DNA of 63,127 bases, the filler included, from Octopus bimaculoides (taxonomy: Eukaryota), in assembly GCF_001194135.2 (NCBI RefSeq). It is 5 parts of 5 records of this genome, joined end to end, with 100 filler letters (N's around TTAATTAATTAA, not from the genome) between each part and the next. Parts side by side here need not be neighbours in the genome. Positions count along the whole stretch, not along the records: positions 46,453 to 50,060 come from NC_068997.1; positions 50,161 to 60,921 come from NC_068993.1; positions 61,022 to 63,127 come from NC_068994.1; 2 more parts are not named here. One strand, given 5' to 3'. The position numbers were made by a program, and so were the translations under genes. The stretch's first letter is position 1. Each line of letters begins with the position of its first letter. The notes under the pieces were generated by a model. That model was not told the DNA's origin. It saw only the letters and a list, made by a program, of their open reading frames with translations, and ran no database searches. Shown one piece after another: positions 49,801-63,092 of this stretch.

Positions 49801-50255
49801 ATGTGAGGCGCGTGCATGACTCTTGAGCTCCGCCAAAGATTTGCACAGCTATGTTGGCTGGCAGAAGGAACAGGTGTCACAGTATGGAGTATTTTGATAT
49901 GCCTTATCAATCCTCCAACTGAAAGCACACCTTTCTACAGGTACATGTTCTACTGTGAACAATAGCGTTATCATACATACATACACACATAATACATACA
50001 TACATACATACATACACAGATGTATGTATATATAAATATACATCCCTCCATGTTTGTTTANNNNNNNNNNNNNNNNNNNNNNNNNNNNNNNNNNNNNNNN
50101 NNNNTTAATTAATTAANNNNNNNNNNNNNNNNNNNNNNNNNNNNNNNNNNNNNNNNNNNNCGACATCCAAAATTTTGTGAATGCCTTGCTCATGTGTTTT
50201 TGATGTCGCATGGTCAAATTCCCATGAGTATATAGACACTTTCAAATTTATCGAA

Positions 50256-50317
50256 CACCATGCTGATGATCGGAGTAGAGTAGCTTTATACTCTTAACTG
50301 TGAAACGTCATACATGG
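50256..50317 (+). ncRNA. Hammerhead-ribozyme-like motif with long stem II
   Basis: CCATG-CTGATGA-T-CGG..AGAGTA(GCTTTA)TACTCT..CTG-T-GAAAC-GTC-ATA-CATGG. Confidence 0.45.
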
Positions 50318-50942
50318 TAAACTAAAGGCAGGTTTGTTTTTGCTTTTCTCTTCTGTTTTTGTTCTGTGTGTGCCATAAATATCGCCATCCGTTAGAGAAA
50401 AATTTGTAGTTTGGAATCAGTAGTTCTTTGACTGCTATTTCTAAATTTTCAGTATGTTGGTGGAGCATCTCATGCTAAGCCCTATATATTTATGATTATA
50501 TATATATATATATATATGTATNNNNNNNNNNNNNNNNNNNNNNNNNNNNNNNNNNNNNNNNNNNNNNNNNNNNNNNNNNNNNNNNNNNNNNNNNNNNNNN
50601 NNNNNNNNNNNNNNNNNNNNNNNNNNNNNNNNNNNNNNNNNNNNNNNNNNNNNNNNNNNNNNNNNNNNNNNNNNNNNNNNNNNNNNNNNNNNNNNNNNNN
50701 NNNNNNNNNNNNNNNNNNNNNNNNNNNNNNNNNNNNNNNNNNNNNNNNNNNNNNNNNNNNNNNNNNNNNNNNNNNNNNNNNNNNNNNNNNNNNNNNNNNN
50801 NNNNNNNNNNNNNNNNNNNNNNNNNNNNNNNNNNNNNNNNNNNNNNNNNNNNNNNNNNNNNNNNNNNNNNNNNNNNNNNNNNNNNNNNNNNNNNNNNNNN
50901 NNNNNNNNNNNNNNNNNNNNNNNNNNNNNNNNNNNNNNNNNN

Positions 50943-50977
<35 letters not shown>

Positions 50978-50983
<6 letters not shown>

Positions 50984-51135
50984 ACGGGTTTCCTTCCGTT
51001 TCCGTCTACCAAATCCAATCACAAGGCTTTGGTCGGCCCGCGGCTATAGTAGAAGATACTTGCCCGAGGAGCCACGCGGTTGGAATGAGCCCAGAGCCAT
51101 GTGGCTTTCAGGCAAGCTTGTTACCACATAGTTCC
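50978..51135 (-). mobile_element. SINE family C head half
   Basis: ACAAGGCTTTGGTCGGCCCG..CTTGTTACCACA. Confidence 0.7.
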
Positions 51136-51299
51136 TCCTGTGACTGATAAATAAGTATCCAGACTGTTGCTATAGTAAAGAAGCTAAAGCACACAGAGTG
51201 AAGCCCCTTGGCATAGATTGACCTTGATCTCTGCTCTGCATGCACACTAAGGTTTCACGTACTAGCTCACTTACAGCAGTGCTTGAAAATAGTGTGTGT

Positions 51300-51730
51300 A
51301 ACGTGTGATCGTCGCATTGACCAAGATAGAAAAATTGTTATGGTGACACCTGCTCAGAGTTCAACGCAAAGTTTTAGCATGTAAATGGAGAAGAGTATAT
51401 GAGTCGCACACACGTGTACGAATTTTTCAGACGTTTCCAATATGGCCGATAAAATGTCATAGTGACGAACGTTCTGGGAGACGGGCAACCAGCAGAACTG
51501 AGAAAAACATCGCAGATGTGCGTGCAACTCTAAGGGGAAATCGTCAAAGGACGTCCAGTTTAGTTATAGTTCAGTTCAGTGGATTATCACAGAAGATTTG
51601 GATATGGGTTGAGTGTCTGCCAAGTTTGTGCTATAACTGTTTTCAATTGACCAAAAAAACACTCGGGTTCCAGTTACAGAAAATCTCCTTGACTGTGTCA
51701 AGAATGATGAAAACTTTTTGAATGCTTTGC
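51300..51730 (+). mobile_element. mariner-like transposase N-terminal relic
   Basis: MSRTHVYEFFRRFQYGR..DERSGRRATSRTEKNIADVR..IITEDLDMG*VSAKFV..NDENFLN. Confidence 0.75.
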
Positions 51731-52899
51731 GAACACCTCTGAGCAGGTATTGATAAACTGTTGACAGAAATTAATGCAGATTGTCTGCTCAACTTTTACC
51801 CTCATGGTCAATGTAACAATTACACGTTACACACGTTACTTCCAAGGATTGCTGTAAACAGTGGAAGTGAGCTGGAACGTTATATCTTAGTGTGCATGCA
51901 CAGCAGTGTTTAAAGCCAATCTGCGCCAAGCATCTTTACTGTACGGGCTTTAGCTTCGTTACATTGAGAACAGTCCGGACACTTATTGATCAGATTACGC
52001 ATATATATATTTATGTATCCATATATATACGTGTATATGAGTATGTAACATACTTACACATACATTTACATATATGAACAGAAATATTTGTGTGTGTATG
52101 TGTGTGTGGGTATGTGTGTGTGTCTGTGTGTGTGTGTGTGTGTATGTGTGTGTGCGTCCTCGGTGATAGCAGATTTGTTTTCCGCTTAATATTCTCTGGG
52201 TATTTTGGGTAGTAGAACGACTACTCGCTTCATCGCCAACGACTAACATATATTCGTATGCTCACACACATACATTCATGCTCATGCACAAACGCGCGCG
52301 GACGCACTCACTCACAAACACACACATACTTACACACGCACAAACGCACGTGTTTGACATAAGTATCAAAGATGATTGTCAGTGTTAAGTGGTACCTAGA
52401 GCAAGTCTCCGGGGAATACAGGAGACAGCTGTCAGGTAAAGAATTTTAAGAAAGGAACATGGGTTTTCTTATACATAAATGTGTACACACATACACACGC
52501 ATATATATATATATATANNNNNNNNNNNNNNNNNNNNNNNNNNNNNNNNNNNNNNNNNNNNNNNNNNNNNNNNNNNNNNNNNNNNNNNNNNNNNNNNNNN
52601 NNNNNNNNNNNNNNNNNNNNNNNNNNNNNNNNNNNNNNNNNNNNNNNNNNNNNNNNNNNNNNNNNNNNNNNNNNNNNNNNNNNNNNNNNNNNNNNNNNNN
52701 NNNNNNNNNNNNNNNNNNNNNNNNNNNNNNNNNNNNNNNNNNNNTATATATATATGCATATATACATGCATATATGTACATACATATACATGTATACACA
52801 AGCATATATGAGTACAGGGTGTCATTAAACGTAAACATCATGAAATACGAAATACGAAAGCATGGAATACGAACTTTTTTGCAAACAACGAAAGTAACA

Positions 52900-53750
52900 A
52901 ATAGAAAACAAGACAAGTATCATAAAGAACGACCCTTCATCAGTTGTCACCTGTTTATCTACTTCAGATTTCGAGCAATTACGACAAGATATGGCTTCGA
53001 GAAAACAGTTGCTTCCGCTTCCTGTACCATTTCGCCGTTCTCTGTCTGTCCCTCTCTCTTTTTCACTCTTCCTCCTTTACTCTCTCGTTGCTGACACGTG
53101 ACCATCGGCCATCTTACTTTTCCTAACTTGAGCTGTACAACAGGTTTTCTGTCGGCTTTTATGGCTAGTGTGATGTCATTTGAAATGTGTGTCCCTTCTA
53201 CAGCAACTTTGAGCTGTCGAATCAGATTATTATGTGCCAAAAACATGGTCTGCGGAAACAATGTTCTCATGCAAGATTATTATTATCTGATATTGTCTCC
53301 TTAACTGCAGCTGGGTTTTTTCCTATATAGTAAATTAGTAGAAATTCTACCATCACTGAATGGTAGAAGCGTCCCTATCAAGTGGTTCACCTGCCTGAAC
53401 TCTGAATGTGTCTGAAATCCTTCCTTTGCTATTTTTTAACCGCGCCAAGAGTTGTCGTCTGAAAAGTGGAATTGTAGTGTCGAATGTTGGAAAGGAAGTG
53501 CCTTGACTCCGCAGTACACCAATTTAGCAAGTTAAATAATGGCTGTGGAGGAGATTGTAAAAGATGAATCTCAGATATGCCTGCAGAGCAACACATTCCA
53601 GGGCTTTCATACGTAAACTTCTTTGCCCCACAGAACTCGCACAGATGCGATAGCTCGCCTACTCTTACAGCAGGATCTTAGAGCAGGATCTTCGTTTTGG
53701 TGGTATAGCTGAAAAGAGCGAACGGTTAAGAAACATATAAGATGGAAGGC
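52900..53750 (-). mobile_element. Penelope-like element C-terminal relic and 3' repeat
   Basis: Weak protein similarity (IASVRVL, HLIGTLLPFS). The 3' block GGTCACGTGTCAGCAACGAGAGAG is shared with about 60710-60735. Confidence 0.4.
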
Positions 53751-56049
53751 ATAGCAATTTGAAGCTGTGATTTGTATAATTCAATTTTTAGTAACGAATG
53801 AAGAGATGTAGGAAAATTCATGTCAATTTGTATGGCATTATGAGAAGAAACGGTAAATTCTCAATGATTTGTCTATGTTCTGTGTTGATAAGCGTAATGC
53901 ATTCTGTTAGCTGATATATAGTGGAGTGAATTACTGGCGTAATAGAAGTTATAGTTTGTCCAAGGGTGAAGTGGGGAGGGTACGATTTTCATGAAAGGGA
54001 TTTAAGTTCTTAAGAAGGATCACAAAATATTTACAGTTTCATCGAATAAAAAGGGTTGAATATGATTTTGCCAAAAAATCACGCTTTCAAAATTATAATT
54101 CCCCCCTCCCCACCGAAATTTCTTAATTTTTAACTGTTTGTTATCCACGTGGAAAAATAGAGATAACGAATCTGGGAAATATAATTTGCTTTGGAAAGTT
54201 TAATTTTTCTGAAAGAAATACTGAATGTCCCTTCCCCCACCTCGGCCACCCATCAGCTACCTGTTTGTGGTAAAATGCAAATCTCCTGTATAGAAAACAT
54301 AGGAATGTGAGTTAATTGAGGAAAGAAATAAGGTGGTGGGGTACGCAAATGTCGTCTCAGACATGCTAGAAACAACAGGTAATGGACAGGATTTCTGAGA
54401 TAATTCCTTGTAAGTTTAAATGGAAGATCAGGTTTTGAAATACGCTCATCACAAACAAGAATGACAGAATAGGTAAAGGTAATTTCTATAGGATTTGAGT
54501 TGTAATTTAACTGCACTGCAAGGAATAATATAATTCATACAGAACTTCAACTCTGTGTGTGTGAGTGTGTGTGAGTGTGTGTGCGTGCTAAAGGAAGTTA
54601 CTTTTGCATATGTTTCTTAACTCCAATTAATTAGTGGCAGTTGTGCCTTGTTGGCAGCATAATGTCTCCTCTTCTCTCCTGCTTTCCCCCTCTCTTTGTG
54701 CCGACTTTCTTTCACCTTCACCCATAGAACATACAGTATCAACTTTGTGTGGGATTTCTTTCACTTTCCACTATAGAACATACATACGGTATGAAACATC
54801 AGTATCTGTCTCTTGCCTATTATCCTTCTTTGAACTTTTATAGAAACTTGTCTTGTGTCTCTGTTTCTTTGAAGAGAGTAGAAATTGAAAGAAAAGAGAA
54901 AGCGAAAAAGGGAGGGAGAGAAAGAGTAGAAAGTGAAAGATGTATGTACGAGTGTAAGAAATGGACGTGAGTATGCACGTGTGTGCGAGAGAGAGAGAGA
55001 GAAAGAGAGCGAAAGTGAGAGAGAGAGAGAGAGAGAGAGAGTGAGTGAAGGTGTGTGTCGTGATGGTGGATGTCTTTTAAGGTTCACACTCATATAGTTT
55101 CACACTCAAATCTGACGTCGTTTTCGTCGTCGTCGTCGTCGTCGTATAAAATGTTTACGATAGATGATATATGGAAAAGATTATAACTTTAAATTGTTTT
55201 AATGGAAATATGTCAATGAAAATGGAGTTTAGTTTGTAGTGGAAATAGTACTGAATCTTTTGATACCCCATGCGTGAAAAACGGCAACACGGCAACTCGG
55301 TTTTGGACTGCATAAGGAACATACAAACGCACAGACACGCACACACGCGCACACACAAACACACACACACACACATACAACCTCTCATTTATAGATATAG
55401 ATAGTTTGGCTCAGTTCTGTTCCTTTTGCATGACTTTTCTACGAGCACTAACCAGTCAAGCTGAACGTCTAGAACGACGGTTTCCAGACCGTTGAAATAT
55501 AAAATCACTAATGTGATCACTAATAATAATTAGAACACGCAGGAAAAACAGATGTTAAAATAACAACTGATTTTAAAATCCTGATATTTGTTGTTATATT
55601 CAAGCAATTAAAATATCATAAGACACCCCTAGAAATTAGTTGCAGTGAAATATAGATAATGTTAAATTATCAGAAAGAGAAGACAAAACTGAGAGCATAA
55701 ACAAGCTTGACTAGGCGACATTAGCAGCAAAGAACATGAAGTGATATATAGATCTTAATGAAAAGTGTAATATTTAGGGCTGGCTTGATTTTTAAAATGT
55801 TTACTTCGTACTAAATTCATTAGCAATTCGAAGACCTTCGAGTGCAACTGAGCATTAGATTTTTGTTTAGCAAGAGTTTTGTCTTAAAAAACAAATGCAA
55901 CGCGTAGTGAATTCATTCAACGGAATTTTAATTTGTCTTAATGCTGAAGGAAACCAAATAAATAAATATAATAATAATCAACTCAAGTATTATCCAGTGT
56001 TTAAATTGTCTTATGAGAGTTTGCTGAATCAGTGACATAAACAACTAAA

Positions 56050-58520
56050 TATATATTTGAATATTATTTCCTTTTCTGGTATTACTGCAGGGGATATTTA
56101 CAAAGCAATCTACAATAGAAAAAAAGATCTAATCAGAAGACTTATTTTATACAATGGAGCACCTGGTCGAAATCTAATTAAATGGAAATGGCATCGCAAA
56201 AGTGTGGCATCCATTGAAAATGTAATTTTCAGGTACTAAGAGTGCCTACTTGATAAAATACCGAAACACCTGCATATATATTATGTTTCTATGGTTTCAA
56301 AACACGTAGATTTCTTAATAAGAATATGAGATATATTATTTTATCATTGTTTGTGATAAAAGACTATATCTATAAATCAATAATATTAGTAACAGTTAAA
56401 TCTCCTAATATATCTCATGTTTCCTGCAAAAAGACACGTATTTCAGATTTCCTAATCCGAAACTGTGGAAAGGAAACAAACTAGCACTATGTCACCAAAT
56501 ACCTTAAATTTATTGTCCAATTTAGTGTGCTATTGGTGTGCAGGTAACAATGAAACAACAATTATTTTGTGCCAAACATTAAGTCGGAAATCTCAGCTAA
56601 AAATGTAATTCGCATAATGAGGTTTTTGCCTTAGGTTAGGTAAAATAGATATTGTGTGGAACGATATTTTCCTTTTAAATTCGTTCGATGCACTAAGGAC
56701 TAGATTTTCCATTGTGCTGTTAGATAAAATTGAAAGCTGAGTGCACTGTTTACAGAAAATTGATACGCTTATGATAAATATGAGACCGAAGCAAATTACA
56801 ATATAAATATTTCCCTTACATCTGTTAAATCTATTAAGGAGGATATTGCACGTTATTTATGACACAGGAGACAAAGCGTTTATTCAACAACATGTGGTAT
56901 TATTTCAATATATCTCAATAGATACGTTGCAACAATACGCAACACAATCATTTAACATCAATTTGCAATGCTCCTTGTACTAATCCTAGTATTTTGTATG
57001 GTATTCTACAGAAACAGTAAGAACGAAACTTATATATGAATGACTATGCAATAGTATCTACCCAGTGTCTAAAAACGATGAGACCATTGCTATATTACTT
57101 TTTTAAAATATGAAATATTTTTCCTTCTTGATTCGGTCGAGAACATTTAATGTTTTGAAGTCGATGATCAGATGTGTAGCTGAAAATGAAGCTTGATTAT
57201 ATAAATCATGGTAGACATAGATTTTCCAATGAATTCTAAATGCAGAGTTTAATGGATAAGCCAAAATGCTGGAGACATATTAAGGGAAACATAGTCGTGA
57301 TAAGATATACCTTAGAGGAAAAATGGTGAAGATATACACTTGTTATATAGGGTTATGTTAAGATGTGTTGCGCAATGGATCATCATAAGGATGTTATGTA
57401 TAAGGCCAATATATGATTTAACTTCAGGAATGCCAAGAAATATGGAAACTTCTCGTGCAAGGGGAAATGGCCGATTTTGTAAGCTCATAACTTTAGTTGC
57501 AGTGATTTCACGAAAAAGCAAATTGATATTAGACACTCTCATTGATGAAATACTGGTCTGATTAATCTTCGGAGGGGCCCGTATGCAATAAGAGATGTGG
57601 TATGATACTTATATTCTGTGGAAAATAGAAACTGTAGAATGTTTTTATGCGTCTCAAACTGATTATATTGACTTAGTAGTGTAAGCTGAAGTTATTATAC
57701 TATGTTTCAGTTATGGTTTCGTGGTTCTTTGTTTATTTGCTATTTTTTCCGAAACTGCTTGACTTTTATACTTATCGCACATGATTTTCACAATTATTGC
57801 ATATTGCATACTTAAGCATAATTGACATTTGTTGAACTGTGGCTGGCGAGATTAACAATCACTGAAATATCAAATTGTCTTGTGATATGAGAGAAATGGC
57901 ATATTTTCAATTTTAAAGTTTACATAATTGACTTAAATAAACATTCACAGCGCCGAATAACAGTTGAGTTATAGTCAAACCTAAATGATTAAATATGTTT
58001 CTTTGAGGAAATAAATTTCCTTTCCTAGATTTATGTGCGCGGACCTAGTAGTAATGAAAAAGAGATTACAGGATAGTATTGAAAATGGAATAGTAATTTT
58101 TGGGTGGCAGGAAATATTTCTGTTTAGTTTCAAAATTGTGCGTTGATAACCGTGATTACGATTAGATTTTACTATTGGATACAGTAGATTCATTCCTGTT
58201 TGGGATCTCAGTTTTACGACAATGATGAGATGAAATTAATTTCACAAGATCCTTAATTTATTATGAAGAATGATGATGGTTCAATGACGTACGTCAGTAT
58301 TTTTCATTTTGCTTTTTATTTGACGTGTAGTGGAAGGTATTATCAGTGGCAATATCAAGGAATTCTATAGATTTTATGGCCATCGTCACTGAAACATTCA
58401 GACTAAGATGTTTCAATATTCATATGTATATTACTTCGTCAACTCATTCGCGGTAATACAGTTTATGTATTTGATGATAATGAGCCAATCATCCTCGTAA
58501 AGCCATCTTTGATAGACGGA
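56050..58520 (-). pseudogene. Ancient hAT (ZNF862-like) transposase relic
   Basis: Minus frames: TDNTFHYTSN..RTSLNHHHSS (N-terminal zinc finger), LGIPEVKSYIGLIHNILMMIHCATHLNITL (CxxH motif), GDIVLVCFLSTVSD (dimerisation domain). Confidence 0.55.
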
Positions 58521-58822
58521 TATTTTGTGTGAATTTTGTATTTTGAAAATAAGCAACTTCGATCTATTGACATTACAATCCATGTACGTTTATACATATA
58601 AATATAAGAGACATAGGATACACGCAGTCATTCACACAAACATATCCCCCCCCCACACACACACACACGCACACACACACGCACACACACACACATACAC
58701 ATATAGATATATGTAAGTCTGCATTTGACCTCGTGATTTTATATGTATTTATCTGTATGCAGCTCAGTTTATGTGAGTGCTCGTGGATGTGACTTAATTT
58801 GGGGAAATATTAATTTGTCAGC

Positions 58823-58950
58823 AAGAAGGCGAGCTGGCAGAAACGTTAGCACACCGGGCAAAATGGTTGGCGGTATTTCATCTGTCTTTTCGTTCTGAGT
58901 TCAAATTCCGCCGAGGTCGACTTTGCTTTTCAGCCTTTCGGGGTTGATAC
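58823..58950 (+). mobile_element. SINE family A, 3'-truncated
   Basis: AAGGCGAGCTGGCAGAAACGTTAGCAC..GAGTTCAAATTCCGCCGAGGTCGACT. Confidence 0.8.
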
Positions 58951-58954
58951 ATTA

Positions 58955-59025
<71 letters not shown>

Positions 59026-59029
<4 letters not shown>

Positions 59030-60242
59030 CAACAGGCTATCAAGTATTGATGCAATGCAACCGTTTCAAGAGGCTCCATTTAAATGAACAATGCAATAAT
59101 TACATCAATCTAAATGGAGTGCTATCTTCATCTACAGAAATAAATAAATAGAATTTTAACAAGTAGGACACATTAATATAACTTTTCTCTAAATTTTATC
59201 AGAGCAAGAAGATAGAAGAAATTCATGTTGCTATTGCAGCTAAGAATTAAACTACACTTCCAAAACTTGCATGAAGCCTAGTGGAGTCAATATGTAGTAA
59301 GGGGTTGTAATTCATTTATCTCTTTATCAAGTACTAAATCTAAGACTAGAAGACTGTGTCTGTTTTGAATAAAGGACATGAGTGAGTTGACAGCTCATTG
59401 TTAGCTATCGTCATAATATAATCATATGCATCCCTTTTCCTCAGGAAGGAAATAAGATATTAGGAGTAGTCAGTTTGGTATAAGTAAGTGTCGACACAAA
59501 GAGCCACGGTAGGGGGAGACTATAAATCATTTCTAATATTCATAATTGATATATACACGCCTTTTACCTATTTTGGTTATGATATCATTTTTGAAATTCT
59601 TAAATTTTATTTTTACACAACATAACACTATTCATTATAAACAATCACCCATAGCGCCCCCATAATATAATTTCCTTTATATTAACATTTTAGATTTCTT
59701 AGCGTTTTGCCCCTTTAGCAACATGATTTTCAAGTCTGCCCCGACATTGCCTCATTTTGTAGACTCTTACATATACCCAACTGACTACTCCTAATGTCTT
59801 ATTTCCTCCCTGAGGAAAAGAGATACATACAATGATATTCATGACGATACCTAGCCATGATCTGTCAACTCACTTTTGTCCTTTGTTCAAAATAGATACA
59901 GCCTTTTAGTCATTGATTTAGCACTTGATGGAGAGATAAAAGAATTAAAAACGGATCTCAGTCTCTTAAAACACTATTCCCTGCTACGCTTCATGAGATC
60001 TCTGGAAGTGAAATCTATTTTAAGTTACAGTAGAGACAACATGAATTTCTTCCACCTTCTTGCTCTGATAAAATATTAGTGAAAACTTATATTAATGTGT
60101 CCTAATTGTTAAAATCCTGTTTATTTATTAGTGCAGCTGATAATGGCACTCCATTTAAATTGATGTAATTATTGCATTGTTCAATGAAGTTGAGCCGCTT
60201 GAAACGGTCGTACGGCATCACGAAGTGATAGCCTGTTGCTTA
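59026..60242. mobile_element. Foldback-type element with ~500-bp imperfect inverted arms, in (TA)n
   Basis: Perfect 17-bp terminal IR TAAGCAACAGGCTATCA; arms 59026-59530 and 59723-60242 align throughout by eye. Confidence 0.88.
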
Positions 60243-60257
60243 TTTTTATTTTATATG

Positions 60258-60336
<79 letters not shown>

Positions 60337-60751
60337 AGGTATATATATACACACACTTGGAAATGGAACCGTGGCCTTCAAATAAATATTAATATAAATT
60401 ATATATATATATATATATATATACTCCTCATTTCGTGCATTTAACGAAAATACGAGTCTTCGAAGGCAGTTGCTCCTATAAATACAAAACTAAAATTTGG
60501 GAACAAAACAAGACAGTGGGGACATACAAGGACACCGAGCGAAAACAAATGTGGAGGTTCGTTAGACCAGAACGTGAGGAAAATAGCGGACGCTGAGAGA
60601 AATATTTTCTTTGAAAAGAGAAAAGATGGAAGAGAGATAGAAGACATCCAGTGCTTAGTACATCATGAAGGAAAAGAATGATGGTCATGTGAGGAAAAGC
60701 AAGATCGACGATGGTCACGCGTGAGCAACGAGAGAGAAAAAGAGAAAGAAG

Positions 60752-60797
<46 letters not shown>

Positions 60798-61021
60798 CAG
60801 TGAAGGGGAAAAAAAGGGAATTGGAGAAGGATGGGGTAAAATAGTATGGAGTAGAGTCGCAACAAACATATAATAAAGTTACTTGGAAATGGATAGACGG
60901 CATTCAATTAAATAATATATANNNNNNNNNNNNNNNNNNNNNNNNNNNNNNNNNNNNNNNNNNNNTTAATTAATTAANNNNNNNNNNNNNNNNNNNNNNN
61001 NNNNNNNNNNNNNNNNNNNNN

Positions 61022-61104
<83 letters not shown>

Positions 61105-61105
61105 C
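61022..61105. repeat. (AAC)n microsatellite
   Basis: Direct reading. Confidence 0.95.
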
Positions 61106-61620
61106 GAACAAAAGCAAAATGAAATGAGATAGGACTCTTTGAAACAAGTGAGCAACGGTTAGTCGACCAGGCAAGAACAATAAGAGCAAAATGGTAGTTA
61201 ACAGACATGTAAATAGAAGAGATAAAAAGGAAAGTAGAAGGTAGAAATAATACTTCACCAAAAGATAAGGTCCCCAGTGAGAACAGAAAAATGAATGGCA
61301 GCAGTGAAGACAGTGCAAAGTGTAAATGTAAATGCATCATCAGCAAATGAAGCAGAAGTAGTAGGAAAAGCTATATCACAAGAATACGATGATGACCAGC
61401 AAGGCATAGTGAGGACGCTGTGCTGATATATTAAAGAAGACCAGGGTCAAGTTATATTAATCGACGCAAGTTCAAGGTTGAAACCGAAAAGATAGATTCG
61501 GTTCTTGGGCTATTCCAGAGGAGAACTGTAACTGAAACTAACAAGTTATTTGGGCTGCAGCTACAGTTGTTGCAAATAGAGTTGGATACAAAAGAAAAAA
61601 ACAAATAGAAGGTAAAGAAC
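61100..61620 (+). mobile_element. R4/Dong-like LINE N-terminal relic
   Basis: GLFETSEQRLVDQARTIRAKW*LTDM*IEEIKRK resembles EQRLCDQARMIRKNGWL. Confidence 0.65.
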
Positions 61621-61769
61621 CATACTGGTGTAGACGAATTTGTGAGAGACAATGCTTAAAAGACATTTAGGACAAGTTGATAGATTAAGTATGTATGTAT
61701 GTATGTATGTATGTATGTATGTATGCATGTAGTGTGTGCATGCATGTATGTATGTATGCATGTATGCAT

Positions 61770-62430
61770 AGTCACTGTCGTAGCTTAGTGACTATTTAGA
61801 CGACCATGATCTCAGTACATTCTGCCCCACCAAGTCACAGAGGGTAAGACCATCCACATTCACCTCACCAGTGAAGAAAAGCACTGCAGAGCGCTGGAGG
61901 GGCTGGACCGTACCCACCCAAGACCCTGAGAACAACAATCAGGTGAGAGGAAAGATTGCACACGCAATAGGTGCTAGCATAAGAACCACCTTGAAGAACC
62001 ACATATTAAAGTTTAACAAGAAACTATACTTGCAGATTCAAGGTGCAGCCATTGGTGTCAGTGTAGCTCTCCAGCTGGCCGGCCTCTTCATAAACTGGTG
62101 GGACAGAAAACTCAAGCAATCCTTAGCAGAACAGTCCACAACTCTTCTACTTTTCATTAGGTTTGTAGATGACATTAATATCATCGTTAAGACTAACTCT
62201 AGTAACGGTAATGTAGAAACTGAGAGGAACATAATGGAGAGCATCCAACAAGTAGCTAACTTCATCCACCAAAGTATCAAGGTAACTATAGATTACCCCA
62301 CTAGGCACCCTAACAATAGACTTCTCGTCCTTGATACTGAACTTTAGTTAGATACTGTAAACAACAGAGTGCAGCTCCTCCACTCTTATTACATGAAACC
62401 CATAGCTTCAAAATATGCTTTTCACCCACC
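61770..62430 (+). mobile_element. Penelope-like RT fragment
   Basis: NHILKFNKKLYLQIQGAAIGVSVALQLAGLFINWWD..IRFVDD..TIDYPTRHPNNRLLVLD..YYMKP. Confidence 0.85.
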
Positions 62431-62439
62431 ACAATAGTG

Positions 62440-62985
62440 TCCACTAAAGTGTCCAAGTCTTCTCGGCCAGCTAGGATGACCATTTTCAGGCCTTGCCCGA
62501 TCCAGTTCCGTGCTGATACTCTCATGGCCTGGAGGATTTTTACTTTCTCCTCCAGGCCTAATACTATGGCCGCAATCAGTGGCGGAGTTATTAGTAAAGA
62601 GCATCTTAAAGAACTAAAAAGGAAGTATGGGTCGAGTTGTCCCAAGTTCGACAACTCCTGTGGAACTGGAGGCAGCTTTTCTCAGAGTGTGGGCACAGGT
62701 GCCAATGGCTTTTGAGACCCGCCTCATGCACTCCTTTATCGACGGCGTATGGCCATTTTGAACATCCAGGGAGGGCATACACGGTATTGAATATGCCACA
62801 TCCTACAATCTCGATGTGCTGGACCCACCCACTGCCACAACGCATGACAACATCCCATAGACTGTGGTCAAAGTGCATCCAAGAAATTGACTTTATCAGA
62901 TTTATCAAAATTTATCCCTGACATAATGAAATTAAAACGTATTTCACAGTCACACACGTCTCGCGTTACTTTTGCGGTTCAATGA
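62440..62985 (+). mobile_element. Tc1-like transposon 3' half
   Basis: TTPVELEAAFLRVWAQVP..RRRMAILNIQGGHTRY* (stop at 62788-62790); putative 3' TIR GCGTTACTTTTGCGGTTCAATG running into (TA)n. Confidence 0.7.
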
Positions 62986-63092
62986 ATATATATATATATA
63001 TACGTATGTATGTATGTATGTATGTATGTATGTATGTATGTATGTATGTATGTATGCATTCATGTATGTATGTATGTATGTATGTATGTATG

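Noticed and set aside
54694-54790. About 50-bp diverged tandem duplication
   Set aside because: Two copies only, no further structure; ordinary slippage.
56091-56232. Apparent exon with AG/GT boundaries (DIYKAIYNRKK..), and similar candidates to 57600
   Set aside because: Following candidates contain stops or need a 22-bp intron; the opposite strand matches a hAT transposase.
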